A stretch of DNA of 57,777 nt from an uncultured Mycoplasmatota bacterium (GTDB lineage Bacteria > Bacillota_I > Bacilli_A > RF39 > UBA660). Within the stretch, counting starts at the first letter, position 1. The number at the start of each line of letters is the position of its first letter. Of the stretch, positions 1 to 8,018 are shown piece after piece. A program made the translations under genes and the position numbers. A model generated the notes under the pieces. It was not told where the DNA came from. It made no database searches and was given only the letters and a program-made list of their open reading frames with translations. The DNA is taken from contig CAMEJC010000002.1 in assembly GCA_945919295.1 (NCBI GenBank), positions 1-57,777 of the forward strand, written 5' to 3'.

Positions 1-20
1 AGGGCTTAAGCCCTTTTTAT
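1..20 (+). terminator. Terminator-like hairpin at the window edge
   Basis: Perfect 14-nt palindrome agggcttaagccct followed by a T-run. The upstream gene lies outside the window. Confidence 0.4.
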
Positions 21-216
21 ATATGGTTTTACAAGATTTTACTGCAAAACTAAAGTTTTCTTACTAAAAGTATACCATATAAAGTGAAAAAAAGTTAATA
101 TTAAGTATAAAAAACGATAAAATTTTACATAATTATATTAGAATATTCGCAGATATTCACTAAGAAAATATTTATTTATTTTCTTTTTTTTGTTATACTT
201 ATATTGGAGGTAAATA

Positions 217-573
217 ATGGATATATTTTGCAAAATAATAAACAACGAAATACCATCATATACTATATATGAAGATAGCATTGTAAAAGTCTTTTTAGAT
301 GTTAATCCTAATCATAATGGTCATACTCTAATAGTACCAAAAAAACACTATCAAGATTTTTTTGATATTGATGAAGAAACACTTCACCATATTTTAAAAG
401 TAGCCAAACAAATAGCCAAACTTTTAAAAGAAAAATTAAATTATGATGGCATTTCATTAGCGGAAAATAATGGACTAGGACAAGAAGTAAAGCATTTTCA
501 TCTACACTTGATTCCTAGATATCATAATGAAGAAAAATTATCTATTGAAGAGGTATACAACAAAATAAAGTAA
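217..573 (+). CDS. HIT (histidine triad) family hydrolase
   Basis: Motifs HNGHTLIVPKKHY and HFHLHLIP (HxHxHxx). GGAGG lies upstream of the ATG. Confidence 0.85.
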   Translation: MDIFCKIINNEIPSYTIYEDSIVKVFLDVNPNHNGHTLIVPKKHYQDFFDIDEETLHHILKVAKQIAKLLKEKLNYDGISLAENNGLGQEVKHFHLHLIPRYHNEEKLSIEEVYNKIK

Positions 574-601
574 GATTTTAAATAACTTACTTTATTTTTA
601 T
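565..601 (+). terminator. Rho-independent terminator of the HIT gene
   Basis: 10-bp stem ataaagtaag/cttactttat (565-574 and 586-595) followed by a T-rich run. It overlaps the stop codon. Confidence 0.6.
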
Positions 602-640
602 TTATTAATCTAATTAGATAAGCTTATAATAAAAGTAAGA

Positions 641-664
641 AAAAACTATCCGAAGATAGTTTCT
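641..664 (-). terminator. Terminator of the two tiny minus-strand ORFs
   Basis: Hairpin aaactatc-cgaa-gatagttt, with a T-run on the minus strand. Confidence 0.5.
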
Positions 665-680
665 TAAAATCTAGGACATT

Positions 681-782
681 TTAATAAAAGAAAGCAGATC
701 CTAATATAATAGCAAGTAAAATATATAAAACAACGACTATTAAAAAGCCATTATTTTTTTTGCATGAACTATTTTCAGACAT
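681..782 (-). CDS. YjcZ-like tiny transmembrane (sporulation-family) protein, 33 aa
   Basis: Below the ORF-track cutoff. AAGGAGG precedes the ATG at 782. Product is MSENSSCKKNNGFLIVVVLYILLAIILGSAFFY: a short polar head plus one hydrophobic helix, like the YjcZ/tiny-TM family of Bacilli. Confidence 0.6.
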   Translation of the reverse strand: MSENSSCKKNNGFLIVVVLYILLAIILGSAFFY

Positions 783-799
783 ATTTTACACCTCCTTTA

Positions 800-889
800 T
801 TATATCCAAGCACCTAGTATTATTATTAGCAATATAAATAAAACTAGAATAATTGCAGCTGATGATCCACATGTTCCACAGTTACCCAT
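800..889 (-). CDS. YjcZ-like tiny transmembrane protein, 29 aa (tandem paralog)
   Basis: GGAGGAA precedes the ATG at 889. Product is MGNCGTCGSSAAIILVLFILLIIILGAWI: a Cys/Gly head plus an LFILLII-type helix typical of YjcZ proteins. Confidence 0.6.
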   Translation of the reverse strand: MGNCGTCGSSAAIILVLFILLIIILGAWI

Positions 890-1018
890 AATACATTCCT
901 CCTTTTTCTCTATTCACATTATTCTATGGAAAAAATTGAAAAAGGTGTCGGGTTATGTATATATAAAATAATAAAATAAAAAAAAATATGGTAAATTACC
1001 CATATTTCTAAAATGTTC

Positions 1019-1047
1019 TTGTATTTTTACCTTATTTTTGTTATTAT
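1019..1047 (+). promoter_or_regulatory. Sigma-A-type promoter for the prsA-like gene
   Basis: TTGTAT (1019-1024), 17 nt, then TATTAT (1042-1047) with a TGT extension. Confidence 0.4.
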
Positions 1048-1078
1048 ATTAATGTATCTTTATGAAAGGAGAATAGCA

Positions 1079-2245
1079 ATGGCTAACAAAAAAGATGAAG
1101 TAAAAAAGAAAGAAATAAAAAAGGTTGATGTAAAAAAAGAAACAAAGAAAGCTGATACTAAGAAAGTAGAATCAAAAACAAAAGGAAAGAAAATTGCTAA
1201 AATTGAAGAGGTAAAATCAGTTCCTACTAAAAAAGAAAGGAAAAATGATAGTGATAAACTATTAAAATTCCTTGAATTCATGGACAAGTATCGCCTTGCC
1301 ATTTATGGTGTAATTGGTGGCGTACTAGCTACCGTTTTAGTAGTTATTATAATATGGCCTGATCGTATAGCTAAATTAAAAGATGGTACTGAACCAGTTG
1401 CTGAAATTGACGGCATGATTTTAACCGCAGATGAATTGTATGAAGATATGAAAGAAATATATTCAATAAGCGCACTACTTGATAAAATTGATAACAAGAT
1501 TCTTGAAGAAAAATATCCAGAAACTGAAGAAATGAATGATGAATTAAAAAGTGAAGCTGAAAATTATTATAATGTTTATAATCAATATCAAGGAATTTCT
1601 AAAGAAGAATTCTTATCAAATAATGGATTCAGTAGTGAAAAGGCCTTTATTGAGTATTTAAGATTACAATATCGTAGAAGTAAATATGCTGAGGATTATG
1701 TAAAAAGTTTGGTTACTGAGAGTGAGATTAATAAATTTTATGAAGATGAAGTATATGGAGATATTAATACTAAACATATCTTAGTAAAAGTAGATAGTTC
1801 TGCGACAGATGAAGAACTAAAAGAAGCTGAAGATTTAGCCAAAGAAATAATTTCTAAATTAGATGAAGGAAAAACATTTGATGAAGTAAAAGAAGAATAT
1901 AAAGATCAAATAACTTATGAAGAATTAGGTTATAAATCATATAATGCTAATTTAGAATCAGCATATATGGAAGAAATGCAAAAGCTAGAAGATAACAGTT
2001 ACAGTAAGACACCTGTAAAAACATCTTATGGTTATCATGTTGTCTATAGAATAGATCAAAAAGAAAAACCAGTACTTGATGATATTAAAGATGAAGTGAT
2101 TGAATCAATTGCTAGTAAAAAATCATCTGAGGATACGAACCTTTCTTATGTAGCTCTAGATAAAATGAGAGAAGATGCCGGACTTAAATTTTCTGATACT
2201 GTATTAGAAAAGAAATATGAAACTTATATGTCAAAATATAAATAA
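1079..2245 (+). CDS. prsA: PrsA-like parvulin peptidyl-prolyl isomerase, membrane-anchored
   Basis: Parvulin signature NTKHILVKV ... TSYGYHVVYRI. The ATG at 1079 has an AAAGGAG RBS, while the first 22 codons of the track ORF have none. A Lys-rich N-terminus is followed by one TM helix. Confidence 0.8.
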   Translation: MANKKDEVKKKEIKKVDVKKETKKADTKKVESKTKGKKIAKIEEVKSVPTKKERKNDSDKLLKFLEFMDKYRLAIYGVIGGVLATVLVVIIIWPDRIAKLKDGTEPVAEIDGMILTADELYEDMKEIYSISALLDKIDNKILEEKYPETEEMNDELKSEAENYYNVYNQYQGISKEEFLSNNGFSSEKAFIEYLRLQYRRSKYAEDYVKSLVTESEINKFYEDEVYGDINTKHILVKVDSSATDEELKEAEDLAKEIISKLDEGKTFDEVKEEYKDQITYEELGYKSYNANLESAYMEEMQKLEDNSYSKTPVKTSYGYHVVYRIDQKEKPVLDDIKDEVIESIASKKSSEDTNLSYVALDKMREDAGLKFSDTVLEKKYETYMSKYK

Positions 2246-2285
2246 AAAAAGAAAGTATTTACTTAATAGTAGATACTTTTTTCTT
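2245..2285 (+). terminator. Terminator of the prsA-like gene
   Basis: Stem aaagtat/atacttt flanked by an A-run and a T-run. Confidence 0.5.
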
Positions 2286-2411
2286 ATAATTTAACCGCTT
2301 CGCTACCCAAAACAACTAACGTTATTTTTCCACATTAATATAAATACATATAAAATAATTTTCTTAACAAATAATATATTAACAACAACTGTTGATAACA
2401 TAAATATTATA

Positions 2412-3038
2412 TTAATTCTTTATTTTATTAAATATCTTAACCGTTTCATAAAACTTATCTAGTTTTTTATTCCAATCATTTTTAATCTCACTAATCAAAA
2501 TATTTTTAATTACACCACTATCATTCTCATCTTTTTCAAAGTAATCATAATACAAATATTTTAAATTAATATCATTTTTCTCTTTACTTATATATTTAAT
2601 TAAAAATTCTTTTTTCTCTTTCTGAGTTCTATTAATATTTTCTATCTTTACTTTTTGTTTTTTTAAGATATCAATTGAATAAATTTTATTTCCCTCGATT
2701 TCATCTAATACCTCTTCTTCTTCATCTAAAAGCAAACTACTTTTTTTTATTAAAACTCCATTATCATTAAATAAAAGCCCAATAACTTCATGTCCATTAG
2801 TAATAAGACATGATGGCCCTAATTTAGATCGTGAGTACATAAAAGTTTTATCCTTAATAACATTAATAAAATCACTGCTGACAGTAACTTTATCATATTT
2901 CATTATTTTAAAAGTGTTATTATCAACTAGAAATAGGGGTATTTTTTTTACACTAATAATATTATCTTTCTTATTCCATTCAAAAAAATTATAATAGTTT
3001 TTATTAAAATTAAGCACTATATCATAAATAAAATTCAT
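2412..3038 (-). CDS. Hypothetical protein, 208 aa
   Basis: Long ORF with an AAAGGAG RBS. It overlaps the end of the upstream small membrane ORF. No family recognised. Confidence 0.5.
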   Translation of the reverse strand: MNFIYDIVLNFNKNYYNFFEWNKKDNIISVKKIPLFLVDNNTFKIMKYDKVTVSSDFINVIKDKTFMYSRSKLGPSCLITNGHEVIGLLFNDNGVLIKKSSLLLDEEEEVLDEIEGNKIYSIDILKKQKVKIENINRTQKEKKEFLIKYISKEKNDINLKYLYYDYFEKDENDSGVIKNILISEIKNDWNKKLDKFYETVKIFNKIKN

Positions 3039-3255
3039 TTTTCTTATCTCCTTTTATAGATATTGATAAAACCATAATTATAAGACCAATAATGCTATAG
3101 TAGCATTCAATTCTCCTGCTAATAAAATTAACATAATTTAAAAAATTATACCCGATTGTCATTAAATTTAAGTATAAAATAATAAAACTAAGTCCTATTG
3201 ACATGAGACCAAATCCCATCAAAAAGAAAAAAATTCTTATCATAATATCCCTCAT
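3022..3255 (-). CDS. Small 2-TM membrane protein
   Basis: Two hydrophobic helices. An alternative ATG lies at 3243. It sits directly downstream of rmuC on the same strand with no hairpin between. Confidence 0.45.
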   Translation of the reverse strand: MRDIMIRIFFFLMGFGLMSIGLSFIILYLNLMTIGYNFLNYVNFISRRIECYYSIIGLIIMVLSISIKGDKKNEFYL

Positions 3256-3294
3256 TTAAATTTATTCAAATAAGAAAATATTATTAAGAATTTT

Positions 3295-4365
3295 TTATTC
3301 AATCATATCACGATCTTTGATTTCAACTTTACTTATAGAATCGAACCTTTTACTAATTTTATCAGTAGTAACATGTATATTCTCAATATCCTTATTAACT
3401 GTTTCAATACTTCGTGATAACTTATCCCATCTTTCTTTATATCTACCAAATTCTACTCCTAACTTATTAAGCTCATCATGAATAATACTAGCATATTTAT
3501 CTCTTTCCATATTTTTAAGAAGTACTTCGATAATAGTAAACGTTGATATTAAAGTAGTTGGTGAACAAATCCAAACTCTTTTTTTATGAGCATATTCAAC
3601 TAAATCACTATGATAAGCATTAACCTCTGCAAATAAAGCCTCCGCAGGTAAAAACATAATTGCTTGATCTGAAGTAACACCAGGTATAATATATTTATTA
3701 CTAATAGCATCAATGTGTTTTTTAACATCCGCCTTAAATTCCTTTTCTGCTATATTTCTATCTATTTGAGGTAAATTTTTATCGACCATTTTTTGATAAT
3801 GTTCTAGAGGAAATTTGGAATCAATAGCAACTGTACCAAGAGGTTCTGGAGCAAATATAACAGCATCTGCTATCGTGTTATTAGGAAAAGAATATTGTAG
3901 TCTATAGACGTTATCATTTCTCTCACCAAATATACTAACTAAAATATGCTTTAAATTAATTTCACCAAATATACCACGAGATTTCTTATCAGTTAAAATA
4001 CTTTGAAGTGATACAATATCTGTACTTAAAGTGTCAATTTTCTTTTGTGCCTCATCAATTCTAGATAGTCTTTCGAGTATATTAGTAAAAGTCTTATTAG
4101 TCTTAGCAAAATTATCATCAAGTCTTTCATTGACTTTATCATTAATTTGCCCAAGTTTCTTTTCTATTCTTTCATTTAATCCATTAAAATTTTCATTCAT
4201 TGTCTTCATAATATCAATTTGAAAACTAGATAACTCTTTCACCGTATTAGTCTCTAAATTACCAAGTCTTTCTGTAATTTTTCCTTCATTTAAATTTTTA
4301 CTAATTGCAATAATAACTAATATAATAACTATTACAAGAAGTCCAATAATTATATAATCTAACAT
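3295..4365 (-). CDS. rmuC: DNA recombination protein RmuC
   Basis: N-terminal TM, long coiled coil and conserved C-terminal RmuC region (AIDSKFPLE ... MFLPAEALFAE). The ATG at 4365 follows GGAGG. Confidence 0.85.
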   Translation of the reverse strand: MLDYIIIGLLVIVIILVIIAISKNLNEGKITERLGNLETNTVKELSSFQIDIMKTMNENFNGLNERIEKKLGQINDKVNERLDDNFAKTNKTFTNILERLSRIDEAQKKIDTLSTDIVSLQSILTDKKSRGIFGEINLKHILVSIFGERNDNVYRLQYSFPNNTIADAVIFAPEPLGTVAIDSKFPLEHYQKMVDKNLPQIDRNIAEKEFKADVKKHIDAISNKYIIPGVTSDQAIMFLPAEALFAEVNAYHSDLVEYAHKKRVWICSPTTLISTFTIIEVLLKNMERDKYASIIHDELNKLGVEFGRYKERWDKLSRSIETVNKDIENIHVTTDKISKRFDSISKVEIKDRDMIE

Positions 4366-4472
4366 TTTAATACCTCCATATTTCATATAAAAGTATATCA
4401 TATCTAAAATAAATAGTAAATATAAAATTAATAAAAAGCAAACAATTGTATAACAAAAAAATAACCCAAAGG

Positions 4473-5036
4473 TTATTTAATATATTTTTCAAAGTATTTG
4501 CTAACATTCTTAATTTTTGATTTAAATACAAACATATCAATGATATCAGATATAGCATAAACCATAAGTATAATACCCATTAAAGTGGTAATCATAATAG
4601 CACTAATTCTTGGATTAATAATAAGTATAAATCCACATATTATCATAAGTAATGAAGTAATAAGAGATAGTACCCAAGAACTATCTATTTCCTTTAAAAC
4701 AAAACTCATTCTAGATTTAAATGCCCCATTAATTATAAAGAATATTCCAAGTACTATTGGAAGTAAACTTTCAAATATATTAGGATTTAAGAAAATAAGA
4801 ATTCCAAGTAAAGACGATAGGACACTAGAAGTCATTTGAGGTAAGCAAAATATTGGATTAATAGTGAAACTATCAATAAAATTGAAAATACCATAAACAA
4901 GTAAAGCTGATCCAATAATATATCCAAAAGTATCTAGTGAACTTTTAGGCCAAATCATCAAGAAAATACCAATAATACCAAATAAAATAGATAATATAAT
5001 TGATAAATTAAGATATTTATTTATTGTTTTAATCAT
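4473..5036 (-). CDS. HdeD/DUF308-like polytopic membrane protein
   Basis: Repeated pairs of Gly-rich TM helices. The ATG at 5036 follows AAGGAG. A hairpin terminator overlaps the stop (about 4459-4478). Confidence 0.55.
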   Translation of the reverse strand: MIKTINKYLNLSIILSILFGIIGIFLMIWPKSSLDTFGYIIGSALLVYGIFNFIDSFTINPIFCLPQMTSSVLSSLLGILIFLNPNIFESLLPIVLGIFFIINGAFKSRMSFVLKEIDSSWVLSLITSLLMIICGFILIINPRISAIMITTLMGIILMVYAISDIIDMFVFKSKIKNVSKYFEKYIK

Positions 5037-5090
5037 TATCTTACTCCTTTCTATAATAATATTACAACAAAAACTTATAAAATACAACCC

Positions 5091-6473
5091 CTAATTATTC
5101 ACGCTATGCCTAATAGGGGGCGTATCATAATTAATAGCTTTAAAGGTATAACCATTAGTCTTACCATATTTAATTATGTCTCTTAAAGCAATAGCAGTAG
5201 CAGTATGTCCACTAGAATCATGCATTAAAACAACATTAGCTTTACTGTAAGATAAATTATTTATGACATTATAGTATATTTGATTACTATTATGAATATC
5301 ACTACCAGCATCATTAGAGTCAACATTCCAATCAAAATAAACATATCCTCTATTTATAACCTCTTTAGTTAAATAAGACATAATACCACTATTATAATTT
5401 CTACTTACAGTATTAGAACTACCTCCTGGAAAACGTATAATTTTAGGTCTAACCCCTATAACATCATACACGTTATTACTAATATTATTTAAATCACTAA
5501 AATAATTTTCACTATTAGCATAAACATAACTATAATTGTGTGTATAAGTATGAAGCCCTATTGTATGACCATTATTATAAGCCCTTTTTGTATATTCATT
5601 AGCGGACGTAACAAAAAAAGTTGCTTTAACATTAGTTTCATCAAGTATATCAAGAATTTCTTTAGTTAAATAACTAGGTCCATCATCAAAAGTCAAATAA
5701 ATAACCCCATTTCCATTATAAATAGGTTTATTTTTCACAATGACATTTCTATATACAGTAGATTTATTACCACTGCTATCTACTACTTCATAAGTTAAAG
5801 TATAAGTACCTGTTTTATTTATATCAACATTTCCTGTTGAAATAACTTTATTTGTGATATCACCATCGCAGTTATCACTAGCGGTAAAACCATCTTCTTT
5901 ATATAAATTGCCCAAATAAATAGTAACTGAGTCACTTCCCTTTAAAGTAATAATAGGTTCTTCCTTATCTTCAAAATTAATTTTCCTCTCTATTTTACTA
6001 GTATTGCCAGAATTATCTTTAACAGTATACCAAATACTATTTTCTATTTTATTAATAGTGACCTTATTAGTAATATCACCATCATAGTTATCAGTAGCAG
6101 TAAATCCTTCCTCTTCATAATCATTATTAGGACAAACCAAAGCTGGATTTTCTCCCTTTAAAATAATAATTGGTTTTTCGTCATCGATAACCTTTATTCT
6201 AAAAGTTTTATTTATATCATAAAACAAATATTTAATTTTACATTTTACCAGTTGCACGCCAACCTTATCAGTATTTACATCGCTTACTACTACCAATTCA
6301 TTAGATAAATCACTAAATAAATTATAACATTTTACTTCTGGTACATATTTACTGCCTAAAGCTGCTTCACTATTTATAATAACAATATTAGGATAAAATA
6401 TTGAATAAATAAGCATAAAGGTAGTAATTAAAATTAATACTATAAATGATTTTTTCAATATTTTGACCATCAT
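5091..6473 (-). CDS. Polysaccharide (peptidoglycan GlcNAc-type) deacetylase with two Ig-like DUF5011-type repeats
   Basis: NodB motifs LTFDDGPS, LHTYTHNY and LMHD. Two internal repeats of the form ...GFTA(T/S)DN.DGDITNKV... and an N-terminal signal/anchor. Confidence 0.85.
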   Translation of the reverse strand: MMVKILKKSFIVLILITTFMLIYSIFYPNIVIINSEAALGSKYVPEVKCYNLFSDLSNELVVVSDVNTDKVGVQLVKCKIKYLFYDINKTFRIKVIDDEKPIIILKGENPALVCPNNDYEEEGFTATDNYDGDITNKVTINKIENSIWYTVKDNSGNTSKIERKINFEDKEEPIITLKGSDSVTIYLGNLYKEDGFTASDNCDGDITNKVISTGNVDINKTGTYTLTYEVVDSSGNKSTVYRNVIVKNKPIYNGNGVIYLTFDDGPSYLTKEILDILDETNVKATFFVTSANEYTKRAYNNGHTIGLHTYTHNYSYVYANSENYFSDLNNISNNVYDVIGVRPKIIRFPGGSSNTVSRNYNSGIMSYLTKEVINRGYVYFDWNVDSNDAGSDIHNSNQIYYNVINNLSYSKANVVLMHDSSGHTATAIALRDIIKYGKTNGYTFKAINYDTPPIRHSVNN

Positions 6474-6519
6474 ACCACTTCTTTATCATAAACATTATAG
6501 CAGATTAAACTAAAAAATA

Positions 6520-7230
6520 CTATTCTAAAACAGTATTTTTATCTGGCTTTACATTCTTTTTGTACACTGTTAATTTATCATTACTGTCAACAGTGGCAAG
6601 CAAAATATCATCATAATTTTCATATCCCTGTATTTTCATTTCATGATCCAACCATTTCTTGTCTTTATTAATTGCTTTCATATTATTTTCCATATAATTA
6701 CCATCAATAATTACATTTGCAATAAGACCACTCTTATCACTTTTAATTTTCATGTCTTTTTTAGTTGCAGGCTTTTCTTTTTCTTTAGGCAGAAAACTAA
6801 TACTACCATTAATCTCCATAATTGCATAATCAATTTCACTAAGATCAAAATAACCTGCTATTCTAGCCTCTGCAAGCAATTCATTGGTATCAATTTTGGT
6901 TTTCCTAAGTCCTGACTCAATAATCTTTCCATTTTCTACAAGAACTGTAGGTACACCAGTAAAAAATCTTCTTGCTTTAATACTTTTTGAAGTAATAATT
7001 GATATTAAATAAGCAGCAAAACAAAAAATAAATAATGAAATAAGACCTGCTATTAAATTCTTCTCTAAATCAAGTGAAATATCTGCCGCAATAGAACCAA
7101 TTGTAATACCTACAATATAATCAAATAAACTAAGTTGTGATATTTGTTTTTTTCCTATCATTTTAGTAACAAAAAACAAGAAAACAAGTACAATAACAGT
7201 TCTATAACAAATACCAAATAAATTTTCCAT
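6520..7230 (-). CDS. DUF421 (YetF family) membrane protein
   Basis: GKKQISQLSLFDYIVGITIGSIAA matches the YetF-family N-terminus. The ATG at 7230 follows GAGGTG. Confidence 0.75.
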   Translation of the reverse strand: MENLFGICYRTVIVLVFLFFVTKMIGKKQISQLSLFDYIVGITIGSIAADISLDLEKNLIAGLISLFIFCFAAYLISIITSKSIKARRFFTGVPTVLVENGKIIESGLRKTKIDTNELLAEARIAGYFDLSEIDYAIMEINGSISFLPKEKEKPATKKDMKIKSDKSGLIANVIIDGNYMENNMKAINKDKKWLDHEMKIQGYENYDDILLATVDSNDKLTVYKKNVKPDKNTVLE

Positions 7231-7268
7231 AAAAAACACCTCATAATTATTATGAGATGTTTTTAATT

Positions 7269-7637
7269 TTATATACCATTTATATTATTAATAATTCCAG
7301 TAATTATTAGTATAAAAATAATAATAATATAATTCTTTTTAAAAAAATTATTAATATATTTTAAAGTTTCATTAGTATTTAGAATGATATCAATGCTTAA
7401 ACCAATACTTAAACCAAATATTATTATAAATAGCGGAATACCTAGAATATTGTATTTTATAGCTGAATCAAAATTTAAGTTAATTATATCTCTAAAACTT
7501 CTTGTTAGTCCACAACCTGGACATCGAATATCAAATAGTTTTTTAAATAGACATTCAAATGGAATCAGACCACTTACAACTATATAAATAAATAATATTC
7601 CACTAAATAGTATCAGTATATTAACAATTCTTTTCAT
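7269..7637 (-). CDS. DUF2752 membrane protein
   Basis: CPGCGLTRSF motif. The start overlaps the upstream stop (TAATG). Confidence 0.7.
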   Translation of the reverse strand: MKRIVNILILFSGILFIYIVVSGLIPFECLFKKLFDIRCPGCGLTRSFRDIINLNFDSAIKYNILGIPLFIIIFGLSIGLSIDIILNTNETLKYINNFFKKNYIIIIFILIITGIINNINGI

Positions 7638-7975
7638 TAGTCAACAAGATCGTTATCGTTTGCATCTTTGCTAATATTACCGGCAAGTATCATAATACCT
7701 TCAATAAGTCCCCATATTGCTGATATTGGACTTAAAATACCACAAGATAAAACTGAAATAAGTAATTGAGCAACTGCTTTACCTGTATATCCTAAATAAA
7801 AATTATGAACACCTAAAGCACCTAAAAAGATACCAAATAATCCAGCGGCCATTTTAGATTTTGCATTAGGATCATTATTAGAGCTAGAATTATTTTTTAC
7901 TTTTACTCCACACTTTAAGCAAATATCTTGATTTTCATTTAACTCATTTCCACAATTTTGACAAAATTTAGCCAT
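7637..7975 (-). CDS. Zinc-ribbon plus TM2-domain protein
   Basis: N-terminal CQNCG..CLKCG zinc ribbon and TM2 signature LGALGVHNFYLGYTGKAVAQLL. Confidence 0.75.
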   Translation of the reverse strand: MAKFCQNCGNELNENQDICLKCGVKVKNNSSSNNDPNAKSKMAAGLFGIFLGALGVHNFYLGYTGKAVAQLLISVLSCGILSPISAIWGLIEGIMILAGNISKDANDNDLVD

Positions 7976-8018
7976 TTTTCTACCTCCTTTTTAACAATTT
8001 TATTTTATCATAATTAAT

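Noticed and set aside
984-1008. Hairpin aaatatggta/tacccatattt upstream of prsA as a regulatory attenuator
   Set aside because: The stem is imperfect and sits upstream of the predicted prsA promoter. It is most simply an insulator or terminator between divergent units, and the evidence is insufficient for a feature call.
1060-1497. Minus-strand ORFs of 80 and 64 aa inside the prsA-like gene
   Set aside because: They are antisense reading frames through Lys-codon-rich, low-complexity coding sequence. They have no RBS and are fully nested in a well-supported gene.
4367-4839. Track ORFs 4367-4558 (-) and 4585-4839 (+)
   Set aside because: They overlap the rmuC start region and terminator, or lie antisense to the DUF308 gene. 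No RBS.
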